A stretch of DNA of 64,000 nt from Candidatus Hadarchaeota archaeon (GTDB taxonomy: Archaea; CAYQAE01; CAYVLA01): positions 1-64,000 of the forward strand of contig CAZUNO010000012.1 in NCBI GenBank assembly GCA_964621445.1, read 5' to 3'. Positions 48,839 to 57,922 of the stretch are shown in pieces. A program made the translations under genes and the position numbers. The notes under the pieces were generated by a model, which was given only the letters and a program-made list of their open reading frames with translations, made no database searches and was not told the origin of the DNA. Numbering within the stretch: the first letter of the stretch is position 1; each line of letters begins with the position of its first letter.

Positions 48839-49957
48839 TCATGAACGGGTTGATCGGCTTTTCACGTTTACTCCTGCCTTTCTGGCCAGATAGGTCCGAT
48901 ATATGCAGAAATTTCTCCAGGAAACATCCGGTGGCAACCAGTGATCGGCATGTGGTATGTAACCGCCGGTTTCCACCACCGGCCAAATCCTATCAACCTC
49001 TCTCTTGATCTCCTTCTTTCCCCTGGCCAGGGCCCTTTTATCTATGCCACCGAACATCACCAGCGAGGGATACCTGGCCCTGAGATCCTTTACATCCATT
49101 CCTGCCTGGACCTCCAGAGGCCATACGCCCTTCACGCCTGCTTCCAACCATAGGGGTATTAACTGGTTTACATCACCGTCGCTGTCGACGCAGATCAGGT
49201 CCACACCCCTAGAACGAAGGAAATTGCAGACCTCCCTATACCTGGGAACCATGAACTCCCTGAACATCGAGGGCGATATCAAAGGGCCATTCCTATAAGC
49301 CATGTCCTCCCAAAAACCAAAAGCATCCAGTTGCACCGATTTCAGTACCTTTCCCAATATGGCCAACAGGACCTCAACCCTTTGATCCATCATGGCCTCC
49401 ACAAAATCCGGTGTTTCGTGAAATGCCCGGCAAAGCCCCTTTAGGCCCAGTAGATTCCTGAGAGGACCGAAGAAACCGCCCCATCTGTTGGCAAAGCACA
49501 TGAGAGGCGAGTCCCTCTGTTTCCATTTCTCAACCTTGCATTCCCAGTCACCCGGGAACCTTTCCTCCAGTTTGGGACACAGCCTGGTACTAGCCAGACG
49601 CCAGAAATCCTCCTCGTTTTCAACCGGGAATCTGACGAACTGGGGCATGCTTGAACGGGACCTGCGACCCTTGAACTCCCGACGCACCACCCCGTCAGCA
49701 TCAACATAGGTACGGGTTTTGGGATTTTCACTAATAGTCCGGGATTTAAATGGAGGGAATGGGCCGACCGGTATATCAATCCCAAGGATGGGATCCAGGT
49801 TGAAGATATCTCCAACCGGCGCGCCATTCCATCCCTCTCTTCGCCACCTTTCCTCCGTCTCAGGCCACATGCCCTCAAAGGACAGGAAGGGTCGGTCAGG
49901 GTCCCCGAAGTGAGTTACTGCAAGATACCTCTCCCTGGGATTCATCAACGGGTCCAT
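48839..49957 (-). CDS. Uroporphyrinogen decarboxylase / MtaA-like family protein
   Basis: MNPRERY, WEDMAY..GPLISP, DSDGD, GGIDK, GGYIPHADH. Confidence 0.8.
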   Translation of the reverse strand: MDPLMNPRERYLAVTHFGDPDRPFLSFEGMWPETEERWRREGWNGAPVGDIFNLDPILGIDIPVGPFPPFKSRTISENPKTRTYVDADGVVRREFKGRRSRSSMPQFVRFPVENEEDFWRLASTRLCPKLEERFPGDWECKVEKWKQRDSPLMCFANRWGGFFGPLRNLLGLKGLCRAFHETPDFVEAMMDQRVEVLLAILGKVLKSVQLDAFGFWEDMAYRNGPLISPSMFREFMVPRYREVCNFLRSRGVDLICVDSDGDVNQLIPLWLEAGVKGVWPLEVQAGMDVKDLRARYPSLVMFGGIDKRALARGKKEIKREVDRIWPVVETGGYIPHADHWLPPDVSWRNFCIYRTYLARKAGVNVKSRSTRS

Positions 49958-49999
49958 CCTTCCTCTCGGTAATAACTGTTGATTTTGGCAAATTCCTGC

Positions 50000-51673
50000 C
50001 TATCTCCTTACGGGGAGGGAAAGATAACTACCCATTTTTCTATCGTGGTAAACAAGATTTTGGGAGGGAAGTAAATTTGGGTAGAAGGCCGGGAAATCAC
50101 TGTTAGCAATATCCAATCTAAGTCCAACATCGCTTGATATCGCCTTCCAAACCGGCATCAACTCTATTCTGAATTCGTAGATCTCCCCTGGGACCAGTGG
50201 CTCAGGATCCCTATGGGATCGCCGGTGGGAGCCCCGAAGTCTTCCCGTGGTCAAGAGTATTGATTCGCCGGCCGGTCTAACCTCGGTCAGTTTGGCTATC
50301 CAGTCAACATCCTCTCGATCGCTGGATGAGAATAGGTGAACAACCGGTGATCCGGCTATTTCGATCTTACCGGGCTTTTTAGCTGAGGTATACACCAACA
50401 TCCTCTCTTCCGCCCTTCGGATATCTGAATTTCTACCCGAAACGGTCGGAACCGGATTCTCAGGGTCGTGCTTGATATGGTCCGGTGGGTGGTCCCCCGC
50501 CGGATTCTGCTCAAGGGTTCCCCGGGTTTCTCCTGGTCCCATTTCTCCCTCGGACTGCAGATAATACCTCTTCTCGAGGGTATCGGGGGGCCAGGATTCC
50601 TGAAACCTCCACTCATCCTTGCCCAGTACGAAGATCCTCACCGGTGGTTCTTCCATTACCCCATTATCCTTTCCCTTCAACCAGTGATCGAACCACCGGA
50701 GTTGGACGTTTCTGAGATCAAATCCCTCACGACCGCCATGAAGCCAGGGCCCTATTAGCATCTTCTTTGGTGCTTTGATCTCCATGAAGCTCCTCAACGT
50801 TCCCCTTATGAAATAATCAAACCAACCCCCAAGACAGTAGATAGGGACATCTATCTCCCCGAACAGGTTCCCCGGGGATTTTCCGTACCAGAAAGGACTA
50901 TCGGTATCGTTCTCCACGATCTGCTCAAGGAACTGGCCTCCATAGATCCCCTTTCCACCCAATGCATGTTCGGCCACTCGTCTCGCTCTCGCAAAGTGAA
51001 CCTTTTCCCTCATACCCTCCAAACTTTCATACTCCTGGTCCCGATGAATACCTGGGACCTTTGGAGCAACTATGTGAGCAAGATGGCTTATGGACCATCT
51101 CAGCATCAACATGTTCATTATCCCCCCGGGATAGGCCGCCTCATTGTACATGTTCGCCCCCGCAAAACTGGTGAACATGGCCTTTAACCCCGGCGGGTGC
51201 TCGGCGGCCAGGAAAAACTGGTCCATGCCCAGGTAGGAACCTCCCATGGTGCCAATGTTGCCGTCGCACCATGACTGCTCCCCTATCCAGGACACGGTGT
51301 CGAATCCATCGGGCCCATCCTGATCGAGAAAGCTAAACTCCCCTTCAGAAATCCCGGTTCCCCTAACCTCTGCCTCAACAACCGCGTAACCTCTGGAAAC
51401 GAATTCCCTGTGACATTCCTTATCCCGCCTTTGGGGAGGGTCATTTACGTTATGATAGGGCGTTCTTATCAAAATGGTGGGAAATGGCTCATCCACGTCC
51501 GGACGAAAGACCTCAAGGTAGAGCTTTACCCCATCCCGCATGGGTATGTAGGTCCTTTCAACCTCTCCAGGGTCGTAGAGCCTTATTCCCCAGGCCGGAT
51601 CCAGTTTCTTTGAGGACAAGATCGTATTCTCCGCTGCAGTCATTGGTGAAAATGGGATATATTGTTTTCGCAA
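50000..51673 (-). CDS. CocE/NonD family serine hydrolase
   Basis: MRDGVKL, RTPY, RGTGISEG, GGSYLG, GGWFD, GPWLH. Confidence 0.92.
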   Translation of the reverse strand: MRKQYIPFSPMTAAENTILSSKKLDPAWGIRLYDPGEVERTYIPMRDGVKLYLEVFRPDVDEPFPTILIRTPYHNVNDPPQRRDKECHREFVSRGYAVVEAEVRGTGISEGEFSFLDQDGPDGFDTVSWIGEQSWCDGNIGTMGGSYLGMDQFFLAAEHPPGLKAMFTSFAGANMYNEAAYPGGIMNMLMLRWSISHLAHIVAPKVPGIHRDQEYESLEGMREKVHFARARRVAEHALGGKGIYGGQFLEQIVENDTDSPFWYGKSPGNLFGEIDVPIYCLGGWFDYFIRGTLRSFMEIKAPKKMLIGPWLHGGREGFDLRNVQLRWFDHWLKGKDNGVMEEPPVRIFVLGKDEWRFQESWPPDTLEKRYYLQSEGEMGPGETRGTLEQNPAGDHPPDHIKHDPENPVPTVSGRNSDIRRAEERMLVYTSAKKPGKIEIAGSPVVHLFSSSDREDVDWIAKLTEVRPAGESILLTTGRLRGSHRRSHRDPEPLVPGEIYEFRIELMPVWKAISSDVGLRLDIANSDFPAFYPNLLPSQNLVYHDRKMGSYLSLPVRR

Positions 51674-51729
51674 CCGGGGTTCCGCCGTAAAAAAGTGTTA
51701 TACCACATGTATGGATAATTCCTAAGGCC

Positions 51730-52953
51730 ATGAGAATTCACCTGGTCATCATAATACTCATGTTTTTAATGCCCGCAGTTTCCCCAATGGAGGAAAAGGT
51801 CGATCCCCGGACGGGGAGAATCCGCCTGCTCTACATTGGATCCTCTTACTGGGGCACCAGACCGGGCCTCATATTCCTTTCGGACCCCAAGTTCCGCCCA
51901 ACCTTGATTCCTGCCATCACCGTCTGGTCCACTGGCAGGCAAACATTCGGAGATCCTGAACAGGATATCGCCAGGAGCATGAGGATATATTTCCCGAGAA
52001 CATATGAAGATCTGATAGCCAAGTATGATTTCATCCAGCTATCAGGCTGCAACGAGAACGTAATCAGCGGCAGATGGCAGCGGGATTTCACACGGGCAAC
52101 GAGGGAGGAGGGCCTCGGATTTGCCATGACCGATGGGTATCGAGGCTTCGGTGGCGGTCCCCAGGCCCATTCAACCTGGGAGGGGAGTTATCTTGACGCA
52201 GCACTGCTCCCCGTGAACTCACTCACCAAACAATTCGTAATAGGGCCCATGTGGGCTAGGGTCCTTGAACCAGACAATGACCTCATGAAATCGCTGCCTC
52301 TAGAAAGTGCCCCTCCTCTTATGGAAATAAACGAGGTCACAATGAAACAGGGTGCCACCTTGCTCATGGATATCGAGCCCCAGGCCAAACCCCTAATGGC
52401 ATACTGGGACGTTGGAGAAGGAAGATGCCTTGCCTGGACATGTGATCTTCACGGAGCACCTAGGGGGTCGGGCATCTGGCAAAGGGAATGGAACTACTGG
52501 ATTGATTTCGTACTCAACCTTGATTACTTCGTGGCGGGTATTGAATGCCCCAAGGACCCCATGATGATGCACGCCATAAGGGAAGGATTCTGATCGTACT
52601 CGGAGAGGCTTGCCCTCATAAACGATCTAATATCATTCATACAAAGATTCGGGGCCAGCACCGGGAAGATTGACCAGCACTTGGATATCTTGAAGTCCCT
52701 GAAGAGAGATATCGATGAGTCGTATCTGGATCAAAAGTACCAGGAAACCCTGTCTAAAATGAGGAACCTGGAAAGGGAATTCGAGTCGGCTCAGGAAACG
52801 GCCATGGAGATTAAGGATAATGCACTTCTCTGGGTCTACACGGTCGAATATTTGACGGTTCTGGGAACCATCCTGGCATCTGGTGCCGTTTTGTGGTCCG
52901 TCCTTGTGAAAAGATCCCTTTACAGGGAGGTGAAGACCACCCGTGAGAAATGA
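51730..52953 (+). pseudogene. Membrane-anchored extracellular protein (paralog 3) with an in-frame TGA at 52591-52593
   Basis: ORFs 51730-52593 and 52681-52953 share a frame; the gap translates as SYSERLALINDLISFIQRFGASTG, colinear with paralogs 1 and 2. Confidence 0.8.
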
Positions 52954-52964
52954 TTACGTCGACA

Positions 52965-53662
52965 TCATCTCCATACCAGCCTCAGCCCCTCGATACCAAG
53001 GGGAACTCCAACATACTCATCGGTCCAACCATGGTAATCCCTAAAACTCCGTGGATTCACCCCTGTGAACTCGTCCGCCTCCCAGTGTCTGGGACCTAGG
53101 AGGTTTCGGAGGCTGTTAGTGAGCTTTATTTTGATTTCATTCATGCCCACCTTGAGTTCATCCTCAACGCAAATCCGATATTCCCGCCAGAAAACGTTCC
53201 CTACCTTCTTTTCGTTGACTATAAATTGGGCTACGGTACCCCCGAGCTGTTCAAACTCAAGGTAGGGCCTCCCGGGCCTCCGCTTCTCGATCCTTATTTC
53301 CGTTTCCAGTACAATTGTCCCGGCGAAGAAGGGATATCCATGAGTTCTAAGGTCTGATATATCAGGGCACTCGGACTCCTCCTCCGTGAGAAGAGGGCAC
53401 TTTCCGTCTATCCTAACCGCAAAATCACCAAGAATATAGGCATCCTCGATACTGAGATCCTCTTCCTTTCTCCCCCTGATTATGACACGATTACGCCCCT
53501 TTACCAGGCATCCATCCGCCGAAATCCGTCTGAATGCCGGATCAAGCCACCATGAATTCTCCTGGGGTTCAACCTTTCTCTCGTTGATGTAAAGGTCAAA
53601 CCTCTGGGCATCTTCAATAACCACGGAAACGGAATATGACGAATCATTACGGAACTCGTATT
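52965..53662 (-). pseudogene. 3' part of a GH106-like glycoside hydrolase gene split by an integrated element
   Basis: YEFRNDSSYSVSVVIED...YILGDFAV...GYPFFAG...LTNSLRNLLGPRH; in frame with the 5' part through the repeat AACTCGTATT. Confidence 0.88.
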
Positions 53663-53671
53663 ATGTCACGT
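53653..53671. repeat. Left attachment site (core AACTCGTATT, element arm TTATGTCACGT)
   Basis: Read directly; marks the junction between host gene and AT-rich element end. Confidence 0.88.
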
Positions 53672-53760
53672 GTTAGTGTTGCTTTTGTTCCAATATTAAT
53701 CTAATCGAGATGATAGCTTGATATATTTAAAATTTTTTATAAAAAAAATCCATTAAAATT

Positions 53761-54741
53761 GTGACAATAATTATATTTATTAGGATTCAAAGAAAAAGAT
53801 ATTGGAATCGAGATCTAAAAAAAAATGAGATTTGTTTGAAGTTGAAATCTAAAAACAAGATAGACTTGAAGCTGGCACGGTTTAGAGAAAGGATATCTGG
53901 CCGGAAGTGGAACCCACTGACCGTGAGGCAGTACGTGGTGTGGGCCAGGAGGCTTGAGGCCTGGGCCAAGCTCCATAACCAAGAACCGGAAAGCTTCCCG
54001 GGCTTGATGTTCGACTTCGACACCTATCTCGCCAACCTCCCCCGGAACCCGCCCTGGGGGTCCACCAAGAAGAAGGGCGACAGCTATGCGTATCGGTCCC
54101 GGGTCCAGGCTCTCTCCGCAGCCAAGCTCTACCTACAGCTCATGTACGGGGCCCGCCTGGAGCGGGACGTGGACCAGTTCGTATCCGGGCAGCAACCCCA
54201 GTTCAAGCCGGAGTGGTACACCAGGGAGGAGGCACACAAGATCTTCAGAGACACCGCCAACTGTAGCTACCCCTCCTGCCGGGCCATGACCAGGCTGGGG
54301 TACGACTGCATCCTGCGGTGCGCCGAACTGGTAAAGGTACAGAAAAACGACATAGACATGAACCGAAAAACCCTGGAGGTCAGGGCGGTCAAGCACTCCA
54401 TCCCCAGAGAGGTAGGGTTCACCGAGAAGACCAAGGCCCTGCTGGAGCCGGTTATGGAGAGGCGAAAGACTGGGCACCTGTTCCTGACCTACGAGACCGA
54501 GGACAGGCCGGGCGTCAAGCCCTTCCAGCCGCAGTCATGGAGCAGGCACTTCAGGAGAGAGCACAACGCCAAGTTCCACAAGCTGTGCCGGCATTCGAGC
54601 ATTATCCACAAGCTGCAGGAGGGATGGAGGTTCGGCGATGTCTACCTCCAGGCCAGGCACAGGCACCCCTCCATGACCGCCAAGTACGCGGAGTACGCAG
54701 CGGTAGAGGTCCCGGAATGGGCTCAGGAGACCCCTTTCTGA
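53761..54741 (+). CDS. Tyrosine recombinase / integrase, apparently intact
   Basis: ILRCAEL (R), AVKHS (K), HKLCRHS (H..R), ARH, MTAKY (Y). Real start is probably TTG 53836 or 53842. Confidence 0.88.
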   Translation: MTIIIFIRIQRKRYWNRDLKKNEICLKLKSKNKIDLKLARFRERISGRKWNPLTVRQYVVWARRLEAWAKLHNQEPESFPGLMFDFDTYLANLPRNPPWGSTKKKGDSYAYRSRVQALSAAKLYLQLMYGARLERDVDQFVSGQQPQFKPEWYTREEAHKIFRDTANCSYPSCRAMTRLGYDCILRCAELVKVQKNDIDMNRKTLEVRAVKHSIPREVGFTEKTKALLEPVMERRKTGHLFLTYETEDRPGVKPFQPQSWSRHFRREHNAKFHKLCRHSSIIHKLQEGWRFGDVYLQARHRHPSMTAKYAEYAAVEVPEWAQETPF

Positions 54742-55497
54742 AGGCGGTAAGCCCTCGCCATTAGCGGTGAAGGAAAGGGGGAAGACAAAAACACAAAGCC
54801 TGAAAAAGGTGACCAGCCGCCAGTGAAGAGGAGAAAAAAACTTTCTGAATATTGAAATTATGATCATTTAACTTGGAAATGAGAAGCCCCCCAATCAGGG
54901 ATCTTTATGATGAGAAAAAGGGTTGACCCAGCACCTATAGACAGCACAGGTATCTCCTATAAGAAACTGCCAAACCATCCCGATATCGATTAGGCAAATG
55001 AAAAACACTCAGTGCTACCGCTATCTACCGATTTCCTTACCACCGGGGAATGGAAGCAAGATTAAGATACTGCTCCCCCTAAACAAACTCCGGGGGGTTT
55101 TCTAGTTAACCTCTAACCATAGAAGAAGCTTTCCCGATCCTCTTCCGCTGTGAACAGATTTCGTGAAACAATATAAGATTGGCTATACTTCTGACCTTCT
55201 AGACATGCACAAACGATTCCTGCTCAACCTAGAAAAGGTACAAAATAGGCAGAGATAACGCTATTGCTAGGCGGGGCAAACAGTGAACACGTCAATCATT
55301 GCCGGGTATTGCCTGGGCAGGGCCCTAGTGTACTTCTTGATGGTCATCCATTTTCGGCCTTGGTCTGTATAGCATTAGATGGTTGGTGGACCCTATTATA
55401 AAGCATCCCAGTATGCATTTCGTTCCCGACCCCTTGACGGTAGTAAGAGACCACAAGATGGGGAGGAGACCTATTACCACACGTTTGGCTGGCGGAA

Positions 55498-55713
55498 CTA
55501 GATCCTCGATCTTTTTACTGCCAGCTTCACGTCTTCCCCCCGTACTGTCTTTCTTCCCGCGTGTTGAGCCATCTTTTTAGCCCTGACCGCGACCAGGGCT
55601 CCGTGCTTCTCGAGCAGCTGTGCCAGGGCACGTGTGGCCGAGGCGCTGACACGCTGAGCATGAGCATTGTCTCTGATAATTCTCTCCACTGGGGCTAAAG
55701 GCAGTTCCCCCAC
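55498..55713 (-). CDS. Archaeal histone (HMf family) variant
   Basis: GELPLAPVERIIR...RVS...LE...HAGRKTV..EDV.LA; AGGTGA RBS 5 nt before GTG 55713. Confidence 0.93.
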   Translation of the reverse strand: MGELPLAPVERIIRDNAHAQRVSASATRALAQLLEKHGALVAVRAKKMAQHAGRKTVRGEDVKLAVKRSRI

Positions 55714-55912
55714 AACATTCACCTACAGGGGCAGTTTCCCGGCCCCGTATTAAGGTGTTGCCCCTGACGGGAGTGCCCTGCCGATATGGTTTTCGACCGA
55801 TCTCCGCCCGTGCAGGCGCGGGCCTTCACTCAGCTTGCGCCCGTTGAGCGAGTAGAAGCATTTTCAAGGGAGGGGGATAAGGCGGCATTGTCATTTATGG
55901 AAGGCAAGCCCC

Positions 55913-56249
55913 ATGAAGGCAAATCCACGTTGGGTTAGGTTCTCCTTGGCAGCATTCGCCGTGATGGCTGCCGCAGTCCCTGGCTTTGCGATTCTCGATA
56001 TCTACAATTTTGATTGGTATTACTTTGGAGGAACGGGGGGGGAGAGCTTCGCTGGCAACTTTACTGCCTATCATATTTGGTATGCTCAACTTAGTAGTTT
56101 TCTTTTCAGGCCCTCTTATGTTCGCACTTGGGATTCTAGAGGGATATCAGATTGTTCGTGGTCTTATGGATCCTTACAAGAATCCTAGCGAGTTCCCAGT
56201 GCCTCATACTACAGTAAGGTATGAGAATGACATAAGGGGAGAAATATGA
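55913..56249 (+). pseudogene. Probable frameshifted small membrane protein
   Basis: Overlapping hydrophobic ORFs 55913-56188 and 55986-56249 in different frames. Confidence 0.35.
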
Positions 56250-56866
56250 AGTCTGTACGAAAGAAGGTTTATGGGAACCGAATAATAGTAATTACTGGTC
56301 AGAGTACTTCTTTGAATTGTGGCGGTATGGGAATGATACTCGGCTTCACTAGATCCTTGGAAAACTCCTTCCAAGAATCTAAGATTTTCCTTCTATCAAA
56401 TAATTCTAAACTGGATCAAAGAAGATATGCCTTGGAGAATATTGAGATCGTGCAAAGATCTTGGGTAAGGGCAAAAGATAGAGATTTTCAGAAGTATCTC
56501 TATACTGTTATCTCCTTTCTCCTTATTGTAACTAGGGCTTTCCTTTACCGTTTGGCAGGAGTACTTCATCTTGAGAGTGAAAGAATCTTGGAGTCTACGC
56601 TCTCTGTTTATGTTCGGTCGAATGTTGTTGTCGATATCAATGGGGATTGTTGGTCTCGGCATTTCGATCATCGTTTTTTTCCCTGGTTATTGCCCTTGGT
56701 TTTACATGGGGTGGATTTAACTAGGAGCGGAGGTATTGGTTTGGCATTATATTATCGACCGGTGGTTCTGTTTTCCCTATTTTTGTTCACTGTGCTCCCC
56801 CAGTTGGGGGTCGCCAGGATTACTCCTGATTGTAGTGATCTCGGGGAGTTAGAGCGATTGGAATAA
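56246..56866 (+). pseudogene. Truncated polysaccharide pyruvyl transferase (WcaK-like N-terminus)
   Basis: IIVITG...NCGGMGM...IFLLS.....D...VVVDINGD, after which similarity appears to stop near 56650; much shorter than full-length members. Confidence 0.55.
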
Positions 56867-57922
56867 GGGCAGTACCATCCCAAACACTTGTAGCCTTCAA
56901 GAACAAGGCTCCCGATAGACGTCGGGGCCTCGCGTCAGACAATGCATCTACCCTGGCTCTCGGCCATTGATCTTTGGAGCAAGATGGATAAATGAAATTT
57001 AGGGAGGAGATTATCAGCCTGCTGCCAAAACCTATTTCACACCAACTACAATAGGACTAAAGGACATTGTGCATCCGTAGATACAAAAATGGGTTCCAAA
57101 CTATTTCGATAACACAGGGACTGGAAAACCTAGAAAGAGCTTGGTCTAGATCTCATACCCAAATTCTGCGAGAAAATAGCATGATTCTAGGGCCTACCTC
57201 TCGATGATCACGCCGGGCCGTTCTCACCACATATCGCCGTCCATTGTTTAGTGCCTCTATTGGCTACTCCTCCTGTATCAATCCCTGTCTAGGAATGTTG
57301 GCGCGGATATGCCCGAATAATCATTCCTCATAACTTGCTGAAAGTCCTCCGTAGACATGGTGGACAACGTTCCAGACGCTATCTACTCACCGGTCTCGGA
57401 GTAGGTGACTACAACATTCAGCTTCTGGGCCACACATATGTTCAAGGAAGGATTCCTCCTGCCCTCCACCAGCCTTCCCTCGCCCCACTGGAAGGAGGGA
57501 ACTTTCAATAACAGGATTAGAGCTCAATTATTGGTTGTTCAAGAACGTGGTTCAATCTCTTCATAGCATCAATCATCTCCTTCTGTACTCTGCACCACTC
57601 TCCGTCATCGTCTCCCTACATCAGTAATCTTCTTTCAAACCCTTGAAGCTTTTCTGTCCTCCATCTTGGCCCATGCAAGTCATCATGTGTAATTGGCTAA
57701 AGAACAGCAAAACACACCGCATTGCCGGAACCGCGGTACCGCGAAATAGTTATTAAAACCCCTAATTCAAAAACAGTCAACAAAATCCGTCCAAACCCCC
57801 AAAACCCGCTCATTCAAGCTCAAAAATTGAAATAAAAAAATCCAAAAAACATAACCTTGGATGTCCACCCGCTACAGCGAGGGAATCCCTACGGGCCGGC
57901 CCACTTGGTCAAGAATACATAA

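Noticed and set aside
52591-52593. Selenocysteine or alternative genetic code for the in-frame TGA
   Set aside because: The paralogs have no Cys at this position, no SECIS was recognised, and TGA ends many clear genes in the window.
56867-57922. Transposase remnant
   Set aside because: No DDE or HUH motif and no terminal repeats could be read; left as unexplained degenerate sequence.
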